Below are positions 28,922 to 38,831 of a stretch of DNA of 64,000 nt, in pieces. Position numbers and translations under genes: made by a program. Position 1 is the stretch's first letter; every line of letters begins with the position of its first letter. This DNA is from an uncultured delta proteobacterium. GTDB taxonomy: Bacteria > Desulfobacterota > Binatia > UBA9968. The stretch covers positions 32,001 through 96,000 of the forward strand of contig CAVWLW010000064.1 of assembly GCA_963755715.1 (NCBI GenBank), given 5' to 3'. The notes beneath the pieces were generated by a model, which was given only the letters and a program-made list of their open reading frames with translations, made no database searches and had not been told where the DNA came from.

Positions 28922-29869
28922 TTGTTAAATACAAAAAATGCGAGTCGTGACTGGCCACTGGGTGCGAAGAGTCTGGTCGGCATGTTCAGTTGTGTAATCG
29001 GACTTGGAGTTGTCTATTTCGGCTTTGGCATCGGCACCGAATCGCCCAAGAAGGAAGCATCGGCGGGGGCGACCCCGGTCGCGCCGCGGGATCTCACAAG
29101 GCCCGTGCGCGCCATGAATCTCGCGTTGGGCAATATGGTCTTTTTCGCCCAAGATCTCAGCTTCAGCGCCAAGAGCGCCAAGAATAGCGCTGTCGATGCG
29201 AGCAAGGTCGCCGCGCGCATTGAAAACCAATTGCAGGGTATACGCGAAATCTATCGGATCGAAAGCGCTAAAAATCCGGCTCTCGTCGGCAGCCTGTTGC
29301 TGCAATTTAACATCGCTCCTTCGGGCGAAGTCAGCCAAATAAGAGAAGTAGCCGGACGTCTCAATGACGGCGAATTCAAAAAAGCCGTCATCGCAGAAAC
29401 GGCGAAGTGGTCGTTTGCCGAGATTGTTTCGGAAAACTTGATCGTCACTTGTCCGCTGCTCTTCGTCCACGAAGGAATGGATATCACGACTTTAGTTCAG
29501 TGGGAGAAAACGATTGGCAATCTTGCCGATAAGCCCGCCGCCAATGCCGCGCCGAATCAATCGGCAAAACTCGCCGAGGCGCCTCAATCGTCCAACGGCG
29601 CGATCAAATCACCGACCCCTGCTGCGCTAAAAACCGAACCGGCCGTGAAACTGGACGGGAAAGTTTTTCAGATTAAATACGCGACTTCGCTGCGCACGGA
29701 GCCGAATTTTTCCGCCGCCTCTTTGACTACTTTTACCATCGGCACAAAAGTGACCGTGTTGCGAAAACAGGGAGAATGGCTGGAAGTGCGTTCGACGGAC
29801 AACGGTCCCAGCGGATTCATTCGCAAAGAGTTCATCACGCCCGACGAAGTCGTGCACAAGGAAAAGTAG
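28922..29869 (+). CDS. Membrane-anchored protein with AgmX/PglI (TonB-C-like) domain and C-terminal SH3b domain
   Basis: N-terminal TM segment, IREIY....KNPALVG...F.IAPSGEV, Pro/Ala linker, LRTEP...GTKVTVL...GEWLEV...SGFI. Confidence 0.7.
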   Translation: MLNTKNASRDWPLGAKSLVGMFSCVIGLGVVYFGFGIGTESPKKEASAGATPVAPRDLTRPVRAMNLALGNMVFFAQDLSFSAKSAKNSAVDASKVAARIENQLQGIREIYRIESAKNPALVGSLLLQFNIAPSGEVSQIREVAGRLNDGEFKKAVIAETAKWSFAEIVSENLIVTCPLLFVHEGMDITTLVQWEKTIGNLADKPAANAAPNQSAKLAEAPQSSNGAIKSPTPAALKTEPAVKLDGKVFQIKYATSLRTEPNFSAASLTTFTIGTKVTVLRKQGEWLEVRSTDNGPSGFIRKEFITPDEVVHKEK

Positions 29870-30027
29870 CTCCGTCGGCCTTTCCAAGGCGCATCTCGTC
29901 GCGGCCGATGGCGTGCCTGGATCAGCCATCGAGGTTGCGCCATCCTCACTCGGTTGGCGGTTGAGGACGTTTCACGAGGTCGGTAGAATGATCCGACTCA
30001 ACGTGAAGCGGCTCGAGACCGACGACT

Positions 30028-30996
30028 GTGGCAAATATCATTTTCCAACGCCCCTGGCGCATCCCAGAGCGGCGCGCGACACCGGAAGCTATCTTCCATC
30101 GCCGTCGCCAGATTCTCAAAGCGGCCGGTATTTTAGGATTTGGCTTGGCGGCCGGCGCGAACTGGGCCTGCGGACCGGCTAAAGATGCGGCGATCGTAGG
30201 CGCGCAGGAACAGCCGCCGGCGCTTGACCTGTATCCGGCGCGCCGCGCCGCGCGTTTCGTTCTCGATCGACCGATCACGGAAGAGATCTACGCGGCCTCG
30301 TATAATAACTTCTACGAGTTTAGCGTCTTCAAAGGCGGCGTTTACAAGAAGGCGGCGCGTTTGAAAACCGCGCCGTGGCAAATCGACGTGACCGGTCTCG
30401 TCGAAAAACCGCGCGTCTTCGATATCGACGAGCTTGTTCGCGCGCTGCCTCTCGAGGAACGGCTTTACCGCTTTCGCTGCGTCGAAGCGTGGGCGATGGC
30501 GGTGCCGTGGACCGGCATCCCGATGAAAGACTTCATCGATAAAGTGCAGCCGCTCTCATCGGCCCAGTACGTTCGCTTCGTAACCTTCATGAAACCGGAA
30601 ATCGCATCAAATCAAAATCCATCCAAGGGGCCTTGGCCCTACAGCGAAGGACTTTCGATGGCGGAAGCGATGAATGAATTGACGCTTCTCGCGACGGGGA
30701 TTTACGGGCACCCGTTGCCGAAACAACACGGCGCGCCCTTGCGCCTCGTCGTGCCCTGGAAATATGGATTTAAGAGCATCAAATCCATCGTGAAAATCGA
30801 ATTCACCGCGGACAAGCCGCAAACCTTTTGGCATAGCAACCGGCCCGAGGAATATGATTTCGTCGCCAATGTACGCCCCGACATCCCGCACCGGCGCTGG
30901 TCCCAGGCGACCGAAAAATTGATCGACACGGGCGCGCGCCGCGCGACTTTACCGTTCAATGGCTATGGCGAGTGGGTGGCGCACCTGTATCGGTGA
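30028..30996 (+). CDS. msrP: Periplasmic methionine sulfoxide reductase catalytic subunit MsrP (YedY)
   Basis: Tat motif RRQILK, YNNFYEF, RFRCVEAW, QHGAPLRLVVPWKYGFKSIKSI, HRRWSQATE. Confidence 0.93.
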   Translation: MANIIFQRPWRIPERRATPEAIFHRRRQILKAAGILGFGLAAGANWACGPAKDAAIVGAQEQPPALDLYPARRAARFVLDRPITEEIYAASYNNFYEFSVFKGGVYKKAARLKTAPWQIDVTGLVEKPRVFDIDELVRALPLEERLYRFRCVEAWAMAVPWTGIPMKDFIDKVQPLSSAQYVRFVTFMKPEIASNQNPSKGPWPYSEGLSMAEAMNELTLLATGIYGHPLPKQHGAPLRLVVPWKYGFKSIKSIVKIEFTADKPQTFWHSNRPEEYDFVANVRPDIPHRRWSQATEKLIDTGARRATLPFNGYGEWVAHLYR

Positions 30997-31012
30997 TCGC
31001 GCCTGATCAATT

Positions 31013-31040
31013 GTAGGGGCGACCGGCCGGTCGCCCCTAC
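31013..31040. repeat. GTAG-family REP palindrome between convergent genes (may act as a terminator)
   Basis: Perfect palindrome GTAGGGGCGACCGGCCGGTCGCCCCTAC. Confidence 0.8.
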
Positions 31041-31072
31041 GGTGACTATCGAATAAATACGGAATCGGGTTG

Positions 31073-32185
31073 CTAGATCAACTGCTTCAATGCCTTGGCG
31101 AGAATGTCGATATTTTCCGTCCGCGACCCATACCCCATCAAACCGACGCGCCAGATTTTTCCTTTTAGCGGACCGAGACCGGCGCCGATTTCGATGTCGA
31201 ACTCATCATACAAACGCTGGCGGATCTTGGGGTCGTCGGCGCCGTCGGGAATTTTAACTGTGTTGATCATCGGCGCGCGGATCGTCGGCTCGTCGATGGC
31301 GGGGTCGATCTCGAGCTTGTGCATCTCGCGAATAAAAGTTTCATGCACTTGCTTGTGGCGCTGCCAGGCTTTCTCCAAGCCTTCTTCGAGCACGATGCGC
31401 AACGCCTCGTGCAACGCGTAGTTCATCGAGATCGGCGCGGTGTGATGATAGACGCGCTCGCTGCCCCAATATTTCTCGATCATCGAGAGGTCGAGATACC
31501 AGCTTTGGACTTTGGTTTTGCGCTTGCGCACGACTTCGACGGCCCGCTCGCTCAAAGTTACGGGCGATAAGCCCGGCGGACAACCGAGACATTTCTGCGT
31601 GCCGCTGTAGCAAGCATCGATCCCCAACTCATCGACCCGTACCGGCGCGCCGCCCAGCGAAGTCACGGCGTCGACCAACAGCAGAGCGCCGCTGGCACGA
31701 ACCAGTTTGGCGATATCATCGAGCGGCTGCAGCACTCCAGTCGAAGTCTCCGCGTGTACCACCGCAGCGAGTTTATATTTTTTTTTGCCGAGTGCGTCTT
31801 TGAATTTTTGCGCATCGAGTGCCCTGCCCCATTCCGCTTCCACCGTGTCGACCTGCGCGCCGCAGCGCTGCGCCACGTCGACCATGCGCGTGCCGAAGAC
31901 GCCGTTGACACCGATCAGCACGGCGTCGCCGGGCTCGACCAGGTTGACAAAACAAGTTTCCATGCCCGCGCTGCCGGTGCCGGACATCGGCAAGGCCAAC
32001 CGATTTTTAGTTTGAAAGACCTCGCGCAGCATCGCCATGCTCTGATCCATGATCTCTAAAAACTTAGGATCGAGATGGCCGACGACGGGAAGCGCGAGGG
32101 CTGCGAGCACGCGCGGATGGACCGGGCTCGGACCCGGGCCGAGCAAGGTGCGAATGGGCGGATTGGCTTTGGGCGCTGCTGACAT
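31073..32185 (-). CDS. Class V aminotransferase (alanine-glyoxylate/serine-pyruvate family)
   Basis: LLGPGPS, GTGSAGME, HAETSTG, DAVTSLGG, SGTQKCL (PLP lysine), YHHT. Confidence 0.93.
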   Translation of the reverse strand: MSAAPKANPPIRTLLGPGPSPVHPRVLAALALPVVGHLDPKFLEIMDQSMAMLREVFQTKNRLALPMSGTGSAGMETCFVNLVEPGDAVLIGVNGVFGTRMVDVAQRCGAQVDTVEAEWGRALDAQKFKDALGKKKYKLAAVVHAETSTGVLQPLDDIAKLVRASGALLLVDAVTSLGGAPVRVDELGIDACYSGTQKCLGCPPGLSPVTLSERAVEVVRKRKTKVQSWYLDLSMIEKYWGSERVYHHTAPISMNYALHEALRIVLEEGLEKAWQRHKQVHETFIREMHKLEIDPAIDEPTIRAPMINTVKIPDGADDPKIRQRLYDEFDIEIGAGLGPLKGKIWRVGLMGYGSRTENIDILAKALKQLI

Positions 32186-32212
32186 AAAAACTCCTCGACT
32201 TAGCTTGACCGA

Positions 32213-33100
32213 TTACTCGTCGTCTTTGACGAAGAGCTCCATGCTGCCGATCTTTTCGATGGTGCCGTGCAGATGGTCGCCGTCGCGGAGCTTACTCACT
32301 CCGGCCGGCGTGCCGGTGGTGATCAGATCACCCGGACGAAGCGTGAGGCAGCTCGAGAGAAATCGAATATGCTCGCGCAGCCCGCAGATCATGTCGCTCG
32401 TGTGCGCGGTCATCGCCTCTTTGCCGTTCTGCAAAACTTTGATCGAAAGATTCTGCGGCTCGTCGATTTCGTCTCGCGTCACGATCCATGGACCCAACGC
32501 GCTGAAAGTATCGAAGCCTTTGCGAATATTACGTGTGTTGTGCATGCCCTTGCCCCAGGGATCGCGCTGGCTGATATCCCAGCACATCATATAACCGAAA
32601 ACATGCTCGAGCGCCTGCGCTTCGCTCACTTTGCGCGCGCGTTTGCCGATGACGGCGCAAAGCTCGCACTCGAAATCGACCAGTTTGGAAATCTTCGGCA
32701 AGATAATCGTATCGCCGGGGCCGATGATCGAAGAGGTCGTCTTCAGAAAAAACTCCGCCATCAAGTCATCTTTGTTGATGATCTGCTTGTTCGCGCTGCC
32801 CATGCGTTCGACCATTTCCGCTCGGTGCGCGCCATAGTTTGCCGCCGCAGCCCAGAGCGACCCGGGATTTTGGATCGGCGCGAGCAGCTTCACCGAAATC
32901 AGGTCCTCGCCGCCGCCGCTGTTCGCCGCATCGCGCGCGATTTGCATCGCTGCCGGGTTGTTCGCCAAGGCGTCGATGATTTCGAGCATCGTATAACTCT
33001 GTCGCGCTAAACCCGCCTTGATCAAAGCGTCGCCGAAATTAATCACCTTGTTGCCGACGACAACGCCCGCCTGATTTTTATTGTAGTGACAGATTTTCAT
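32213..33100 (-). CDS. Fumarylacetoacetate hydrolase family protein
   Basis: ANY..H, FFLK, VDFECEL, D.SQRD, KGFDTF..LGP, LRPGDLITTGTPAGV. Start moved to ATG 33100. Confidence 0.92.
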   Translation of the reverse strand: MKICHYNKNQAGVVVGNKVINFGDALIKAGLARQSYTMLEIIDALANNPAAMQIARDAANSGGGEDLISVKLLAPIQNPGSLWAAAANYGAHRAEMVERMGSANKQIINKDDLMAEFFLKTTSSIIGPGDTIILPKISKLVDFECELCAVIGKRARKVSEAQALEHVFGYMMCWDISQRDPWGKGMHNTRNIRKGFDTFSALGPWIVTRDEIDEPQNLSIKVLQNGKEAMTAHTSDMICGLREHIRFLSSCLTLRPGDLITTGTPAGVSKLRDGDHLHGTIEKIGSMELFVKDDE

Positions 33101-33262
33101 GGCCGTACCTCCAAACTCATAAACTGCCCTCTCATTACCTGAAGGACTGAGCAAAGTCCAATCAGCGGCTCGTTTGATGCCGCGAAAAAAACGAGGGTTT
33201 GACGTTATCCGGCGCCTCATCGTATGTAAGAGAGAAAATCGCGTGGAGTGCATGATCGAATT

Positions 33263-34291
33263 ATGCTGAAAATCAAAGTCGGCCTAACCAAGAATCCGCG
33301 TTTCGAACCGCTCATCGACGGAACGGTCAAATCGGCGAAGTTGCATCTCGATACTGTCGTCACGACGCCGCCGGAATTGTTTTTCCGTAATCTCAAGAAC
33401 GATGAGTTTGATGTCTTTGAAATGTCGCTTTCCGAGTATCTCATCACGCGCGAACAAGCCAAAGGCGATCGCTGGGATTGGGCAGCGCTGCCGATCTTTC
33501 CAGCCAAGGCGTTTGTCTGGCTGGGGTTTTACGTCAACACCGCCGCCGGCATCGCCGGCTTGGCGGATTTCAGAGGAAAACGCATCGGCGTGCCCGACTA
33601 TGTCATGACCGCCGCCCTTTGGTTTAGAATTTTCTTGCGCGAGCTTCACGGCATTCAAGCCCAGGAAATTTCCTGGTTCATCGGCCGCACCCCAGAGTTG
33701 AGCCATGGCGGCGTGCTGGGCGCGGATGTCAAGCCGCGCGGCGTGTCGCCGACTTGGCTAACGGCGGCACAAACCTTCGATGTCATGCTCGACAGGGGCG
33801 AAATCGATGCCGCCTATGGCTTCGCGCCGCGCCATGATCCCAAGCTGTTTAAACTGAATATCGACCGCTACGGCGGCACGCCACTCGAGGGCAATCCGCG
33901 CCTTGAAAAATTGTTTGCCGACGGCGGGCGGTCGGTCATCGAGGCTTTCTTCAAAAAGACCGGCATGGTTCCAGCCAATCACGTCATCGTCGCGCAACGA
34001 CGATTGCTGCAAGAGAACTCCTGGCTCGCCGGCGAGCTATACAAAATCTTCGACGCGAGCAAGCAGGCCGCATACGAAAGAACAAACTTCGGGAGCCCCG
34101 CCTATCTCTATTTCGAGAGCAATGATCGGCAGACTCAAGCGAAAACTTTCGGCGACGACCCTTTTCCGTTCGGTCTGAGCAAGAACCGTCCGATGCTCGA
34201 AATGCTTTTTGCCAACTCGCACGCCGAAGGCTTAACGCGCAAGCGCGCCCAGATCGAAGAAGTTTTTTTTCCATCCCTGCTGGACACGTAG
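33263..34291 (+). CDS. 4,5-dihydroxyphthalate decarboxylase-like protein (periplasmic-binding-protein fold, no signal peptide)
   Basis: PLIDGTVK, ELFFR...FDVFEMSLS.Y, ALPIFP, GKRIGVPDY.MTAALW.R, GDDPFPFGL..NR..LE. Confidence 0.75.
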   Translation: MLKIKVGLTKNPRFEPLIDGTVKSAKLHLDTVVTTPPELFFRNLKNDEFDVFEMSLSEYLITREQAKGDRWDWAALPIFPAKAFVWLGFYVNTAAGIAGLADFRGKRIGVPDYVMTAALWFRIFLRELHGIQAQEISWFIGRTPELSHGGVLGADVKPRGVSPTWLTAAQTFDVMLDRGEIDAAYGFAPRHDPKLFKLNIDRYGGTPLEGNPRLEKLFADGGRSVIEAFFKKTGMVPANHVIVAQRRLLQENSWLAGELYKIFDASKQAAYERTNFGSPAYLYFESNDRQTQAKTFGDDPFPFGLSKNRPMLEMLFANSHAEGLTRKRAQIEEVFFPSLLDT

Positions 34292-34313
34292 GACCGAACG
34301 CGGAGGAGTGTTC

Positions 34314-35411
34314 ATGGCGAATTCGATTTCTGCCGTCGACGCGGACGGCCACCTCGAAGAAAGCCACATCGATTGGCGCGACCGCTTACCCGACGACTAC
34401 AAGAGCCGGGCGCCCGAAAGAAGACCGAGCGGCAGCGGTCAACTACGAACCATCATCGAAGGCAAAGCGTGGCCCCGGCCCGCCGGCTTGGGCATCGGCG
34501 TCGGCGGCCCCTACAGCCGGCCCCATCCACGTCGTCCAGGAATGACCGATCCAAAGCTGCGGCTGGTTGACATGGACAGCGAGAATATCGCAGTCGCCGT
34601 GCTCTTCGGCGCTGGACTTGCCGGCACGATCCCGGCGCTGGAAGACGCCAGCCTCGCCGCCGCCCTGGCGAGCGCGCGTAATACTTGGCTCGCCGAATAC
34701 TGCGCGGAGAATCCAAAGCGTATTAAAGGCACTGCGGCGCTGGCGCAGCAGGATATCAGCGCAAGCGTAGAAGAGCTTTGCCGGAGCGTAAAAGAACTGG
34801 GCTTTGTCGGCGCTTCGCTCTTTCCCAACGTTAAAGGCCGCCACCTCGGCGATCCCTATTATTTTCCTCTTTACGCCGAAGCCGAGAAATTAAACGTCCC
34901 GATCTGCGTCCACATGTTCCTCGGCCGCTACGGTTCGGACGCCACCGGCACCGAGCGCGTCGATAAATTTTTTTACTCGCATCTTTTCGGCCATCCATTC
35001 GAGCAAATGATTGCGCTCTCAGTGATCATCGGTGAAGGCGTGCTCGACCGTTTTCCCAAGCTGCGTTTTGTTTTCTTGGAATCCGGCTGCGGCTGGCTGC
35101 CCTATTGGTTCGAAAGAATGGACGAGCATTACGAAGTGCTCGGTGTTCAATTGCCGGCGCTCAAGATCGAGCCGAGCAAGTTGTTGGAGCGCGGCCAGCT
35201 TTATTTCTCCTGCGAGCCGGAAGAGAAGGAGCTCGCGCACGTGGTCGATATCATCGGCGACGATTGGATCGTCTTCGCTTCCGACTACAGCCACTTCGAT
35301 AGTCGCTTTCCTGGCGCTTCCGAACCGATTGTGAACCATCCGGCGTTGCGCGACGGGACAAAGCGAAAAATTTTAAACGACAACGCGCGCCGGCTCTATC
35401 GGTTGGACTAG
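34314..35411 (+). CDS. Amidohydrolase_2 family metallo-hydrolase/decarboxylase
   Basis: DADGH, RL.DMD, VH, RFPKLRFVFLESG.GW.P, FASDYSH.D, KIL.DNA.RLY. Confidence 0.9.
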   Translation: MANSISAVDADGHLEESHIDWRDRLPDDYKSRAPERRPSGSGQLRTIIEGKAWPRPAGLGIGVGGPYSRPHPRRPGMTDPKLRLVDMDSENIAVAVLFGAGLAGTIPALEDASLAAALASARNTWLAEYCAENPKRIKGTAALAQQDISASVEELCRSVKELGFVGASLFPNVKGRHLGDPYYFPLYAEAEKLNVPICVHMFLGRYGSDATGTERVDKFFYSHLFGHPFEQMIALSVIIGEGVLDRFPKLRFVFLESGCGWLPYWFERMDEHYEVLGVQLPALKIEPSKLLERGQLYFSCEPEEKELAHVVDIIGDDWIVFASDYSHFDSRFPGASEPIVNHPALRDGTKRKILNDNARRLYRLD

Positions 35412-35491
35412 GCCCGGGCCATGGTGGGGCGAAGATCTAAGCTGAGTTCTTCGAGGTTGAGCCAGCCGGTGCAAGCGCGCCGCTAAGCTCG

Positions 35492-36028
35492 TCAGACCTT
35501 TAATATGCTTTGTGGATACTGCTCGTCCGGCTCGCCTCCCGCTTGCATCTTGTAGGTTTTACTCTTGTCCACCAGCAACTGGCCGTCTTCGGCGATTTTG
35601 ATCTCGAATCGATCGAGCGGACGGGGCGCCGGTCCTTCAAAATTTAAACCGCTCTTATAGTAACCGCTGCCATGACAGGGGCATTTGAACTTGTCTTCGG
35701 CTTGAAGCCAATTGGGGGTGCAACCGAGATGGGTACACTTGGCGAATAGCGCGTAAAACCCTTCATCCTCGCGCACAATCCACACCCGAAAATCCTGTTT
35801 GAATTTATCGCTGACCTCGCCGATCGTATAATCCGACGGATAACCCGCCTTGAACGAGGACGCGGGTTGAAAAAGCACGCGCGGAAACGCCGAGCGCAAG
35901 AATCCCACGAGCGAAAGAAAGCCGAACACGCCGAAACCTCCCCAACCGATGCGGCTGAAGAAGTCTCTGCGACTCCAGAGGCCTCGTTTTTCTCGGTCCA
36001 CTTCGTTGCTCCTCGCTTGCAGAATCAA
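35492..36028 (-). CDS. Rieske iron-sulfur protein (PetC/QcrA-like) with Tat anchor
   Basis: SRRDFF plus TM helix, CTHLGC, CPCHGS, GPAPRPL. Confidence 0.9.
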   Translation of the reverse strand: MILQARSNEVDREKRGLWSRRDFFSRIGWGGFGVFGFLSLVGFLRSAFPRVLFQPASSFKAGYPSDYTIGEVSDKFKQDFRVWIVREDEGFYALFAKCTHLGCTPNWLQAEDKFKCPCHGSGYYKSGLNFEGPAPRPLDRFEIKIAEDGQLLVDKSKTYKMQAGGEPDEQYPQSILKV

Positions 36029-36066
36029 TCCGCGGCGTCGTTATCGGAATTCAACCGATCTTCTCT

Positions 36067-36477
36067 TTACATTGCCTTTCGCGCCCGGCGGCCGGCGCGC
36101 ACGACATAGAACAAACGAATCTTCCTCTGACGTGTCAATGCGTTTCTGCGCCAGCGCAGCAAACCCGCCCTGATGTAATCCGGATTCAGGTTGAGAGCCT
36201 CGCAAATAGGCTCGAAAGAGAAGAACCAATCGCTCTTTTCGTGCATCAGCCAGTTTTCCGCGTCGTTAAACGCGGCCCGCCCGCGCGCATCTGAAGCCGA
36301 AGAAAATCTTTGAAAACAAGTGATCGCGTCTTCAAGGACCGCGTACATGAGCATTTTTTCCGGCTCATGACTGCGCTGATAACGCCATTTCTCCAGGTAC
36401 TGCGCGGCCGCAAGCACGTCCGGCTGGAACATCGAAGTCCAACCGTCTCGTTCTTGCGCCACGGGCTTATCATGCAT
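36067..36477 (-). CDS. Conserved hypothetical protein (PEK.LM.AVLEDA...FSFE.ICE.L.L.P.YIR.GL family)
   Basis: Helical motif pattern. ATG at 36477, downstream of a sigma54 motif. Confidence 0.65.
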   Translation of the reverse strand: MHDKPVAQERDGWTSMFQPDVLAAAQYLEKWRYQRSHEPEKMLMYAVLEDAITCFQRFSSASDARGRAAFNDAENWLMHEKSDWFFSFEPICEALNLNPDYIRAGLLRWRRNALTRQRKIRLFYVVRAGRRARKAM

Positions 36478-36543
36478 AAATAACTCGCCCTTCGTCGATT
36501 CAAATTTCCGTGCTGAAAGTTTCGAAATCCCAACTGGAGAAGT

Positions 36544-36560
36544 GGCAAGTGTCGTGCCGA
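36544..36560 (-). promoter_or_regulatory. Sigma54 (-24/-12) promoter
   Basis: Minus strand TCGGCACGACACTTGCC closely matches TGGCACG-N4-TTGC. Confidence 0.65.
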
Positions 36561-36782
36561 AACACGTCGGCAACTCGCAGTTCTAAGCCGAACATAACAA
36601 AGCTAAAATTCGATACACAGAAACATCAGACTAAAGTATGTGGCAAAAATGCGACCCAGGTGAGGCAACTTTGTAAGGATCGTCAGAACACAGGCGGATA
36701 ATAGGCGAGGGAGCAATTCGTAGAATGGCACCCCACTTGCGCTGTAAAATTGGTTGTGAGCCGTTAGCGCCTTCGCGCTGAT

Positions 36783-37181
36783 GTGACACGGTTCGAGGCG
36801 GTGATTCATTTGAAACGCAGAATGTTGCTGAATCTAATTTTGGGCCTGTGGCTGATGATCTCTCCTTTTGTCCTGGTTACGCTTAATCGCAGTATTCTCA
36901 AAACGCTGTGGGAAGATTTGTTGCTTGGCTTTGGCATAGCAGCGTTTTCTCTCTGCCGGCTTCTTTCTCGCAAGGAAGACGAGATCGTGCTCTCCGACTG
37001 GTTTGTTACCGCACTCGGCTTTATCACGTTGATCAATCCTTTTTTGTACAGCTATTTCAAATTGAAAGCCGCGGCGTGGAATAATCTAGGTGTCGGTGCG
37101 CTCGTGCTGCTTTTGGCTCTATATCAAGACTGGTACGATACCGACGCACCCGACAATGCGCAGCACGAAAGCAGAACTTAG
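36783..37181 (+). CDS. SPW-repeat membrane protein
   Basis: NLILGLWLMISPFVL and LG...INPF.Y repeats, four hydrophobic segments. Start uncertain. Confidence 0.7.
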   Translation: MTRFEAVIHLKRRMLLNLILGLWLMISPFVLVTLNRSILKTLWEDLLLGFGIAAFSLCRLLSRKEDEIVLSDWFVTALGFITLINPFLYSYFKLKAAAWNNLGVGALVLLLALYQDWYDTDAPDNAQHESRT

Positions 37182-37310
37182 AATGGCGCAATACAGCGCG
37201 AAACCTTGACGATTTTTTCCTGCCCATCTGAAGCGCGCCGGCGATCAGGCCTATCCTTAATCTTTCATCCTTTATCCTTCTGCGATTGACAATCTCCGCG
37301 GCGGATCGCT

Positions 37311-38738
37311 ATGCTGCGCTCGTTTGATTTCGCAGCTGTAAATTTTTTTACGTGCAGAATTCCACGCCGAGAACCAACGAAGACTGCTCCGAGCGTCCTA
37401 CGCCGCGAGCTCAATCTCCCTGCGCTGATCGCCCTCACCTTTTTCTGCGTCGCCGGCGGCGCCTACGGCTTGGAAGACGCGGTCGGTGCCGGCGGTCCGG
37501 CCTTGGTTCTTTTAGGAATCCTAATTCTTCCTTGGCTCTGGAGCTTTCCCACCGCGCTCATGACCGCGGAGTTATCCACCGCCATGCCCGAAGACGGCGG
37601 CTACGTGGTCTGGGTGCAGCGCGCCTTCGGCCGCTTCTGGGGATTTCAAGAAGGCTGGTTGAGCTGGCTCTGCAGTTTTGCCGACAACGCGCTTTATCCG
37701 GTGATGTTTCTCGATTATCTCGCCTACTTGCGCGGCGACATGGCGCCGCTGGAGCGATGGCTGATCGGCGCGGCATTGATCGCGGCGATAACTTGGTTAA
37801 ACGTGCGCGGCATTCGCTTGGTCGGCTTGTGCTCGATTATTTTTACTTTCATCGTCCTCGCGCCTTTCGCCGCGCTGATTGCTTTCGGCGCGCCGCAAGT
37901 CGAAGTAGGCCGCTGGTTCGAACGGACCGGCGAGATCAACTGGGCGCTGCTTTTGAGCACCTTGCTTTGGAACACTTCGGGTTGGGACAACGCCGGTTGT
38001 TGCGCCGCCGAGGTGGTCAACCCGGCAAAAAATTATCCTAAAGCCATGATCGTAACGGTGGTTTTGGTGACCGCCGTTTATTTTTTACCTGTGGCCGTGA
38101 GCGTCGGCGTCGCTGCCGATTGGTCCGCGTGGAAAGAAGGTTATTTTTCCGAAGTAGCCGCGCGCATCGGCGGTTCCTGGTTGGGGGCCGGGCTCACGCT
38201 CGCGGGATTGGTGAGCGCGGCGGGAATGTTTAACGCGCTTTTATGCACCTCCGCGCGCGTGCCCTACGCAATGGCCGAGCGCGGCATGTTGCCGCAGCCG
38301 TTACGCCGGCTGCATGCGCGTCATGGCACACCTTGGCCGGCCATCGCGGTCAATAGCGCCGGCGTCGCGTTATTAATCCCGTTTTCTTTTCAAGACCTCA
38401 TCGAGCTCGACATGTTTCTCTACGCCGCCGCCTTGATCCTCGAATTTGCCGCGCTGGTATGGCTGCGGATAAGGCAGCCCGATCTAGCTCGTCCTTTCCG
38501 AGTGCCCTTCGGTCTCGCCGGTGTCATCGCCCTGAGTCTTCCGCCCGTTGTGCTTTGTCTCGTCAGCATCGCGCTTTCGAATCAGGCCACCCGCTATGTC
38601 GGTCTCATTGGACTCGTGATCGGTCTTCTCGTCTACCGCTGGCAGGTAAAAATCGGCCCGGCGGCTAATGTCGAAGCCGCGCCCACGGGACTGGCCGCAG
38701 CCCCTCCGGCGATCTCGCCTAACCGTGAAGCCGATTGA
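37311..38738 (+). CDS. APC-family permease (polyamine/amino-acid transporter)
   Basis: FFCVAGGAYGLED, AELSTAMPEDGGY..WV, WNTSGWD, RPFRVP, about 12 TM segments. Confidence 0.9.
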   Translation: MLRSFDFAAVNFFTCRIPRREPTKTAPSVLRRELNLPALIALTFFCVAGGAYGLEDAVGAGGPALVLLGILILPWLWSFPTALMTAELSTAMPEDGGYVVWVQRAFGRFWGFQEGWLSWLCSFADNALYPVMFLDYLAYLRGDMAPLERWLIGAALIAAITWLNVRGIRLVGLCSIIFTFIVLAPFAALIAFGAPQVEVGRWFERTGEINWALLLSTLLWNTSGWDNAGCCAAEVVNPAKNYPKAMIVTVVLVTAVYFLPVAVSVGVAADWSAWKEGYFSEVAARIGGSWLGAGLTLAGLVSAAGMFNALLCTSARVPYAMAERGMLPQPLRRLHARHGTPWPAIAVNSAGVALLIPFSFQDLIELDMFLYAAALILEFAALVWLRIRQPDLARPFRVPFGLAGVIALSLPPVVLCLVSIALSNQATRYVGLIGLVIGLLVYRWQVKIGPAANVEAAPTGLAAAPPAISPNREAD

Positions 38739-38831
38739 CCGCGACCATCGCGCGATTCAAAGCCGCGCTTCGGTGATGGTATGTGCAATGGGGCTGACGA
38801 CAGTTAATGAATGGAATCGGCGCCCTAACTT

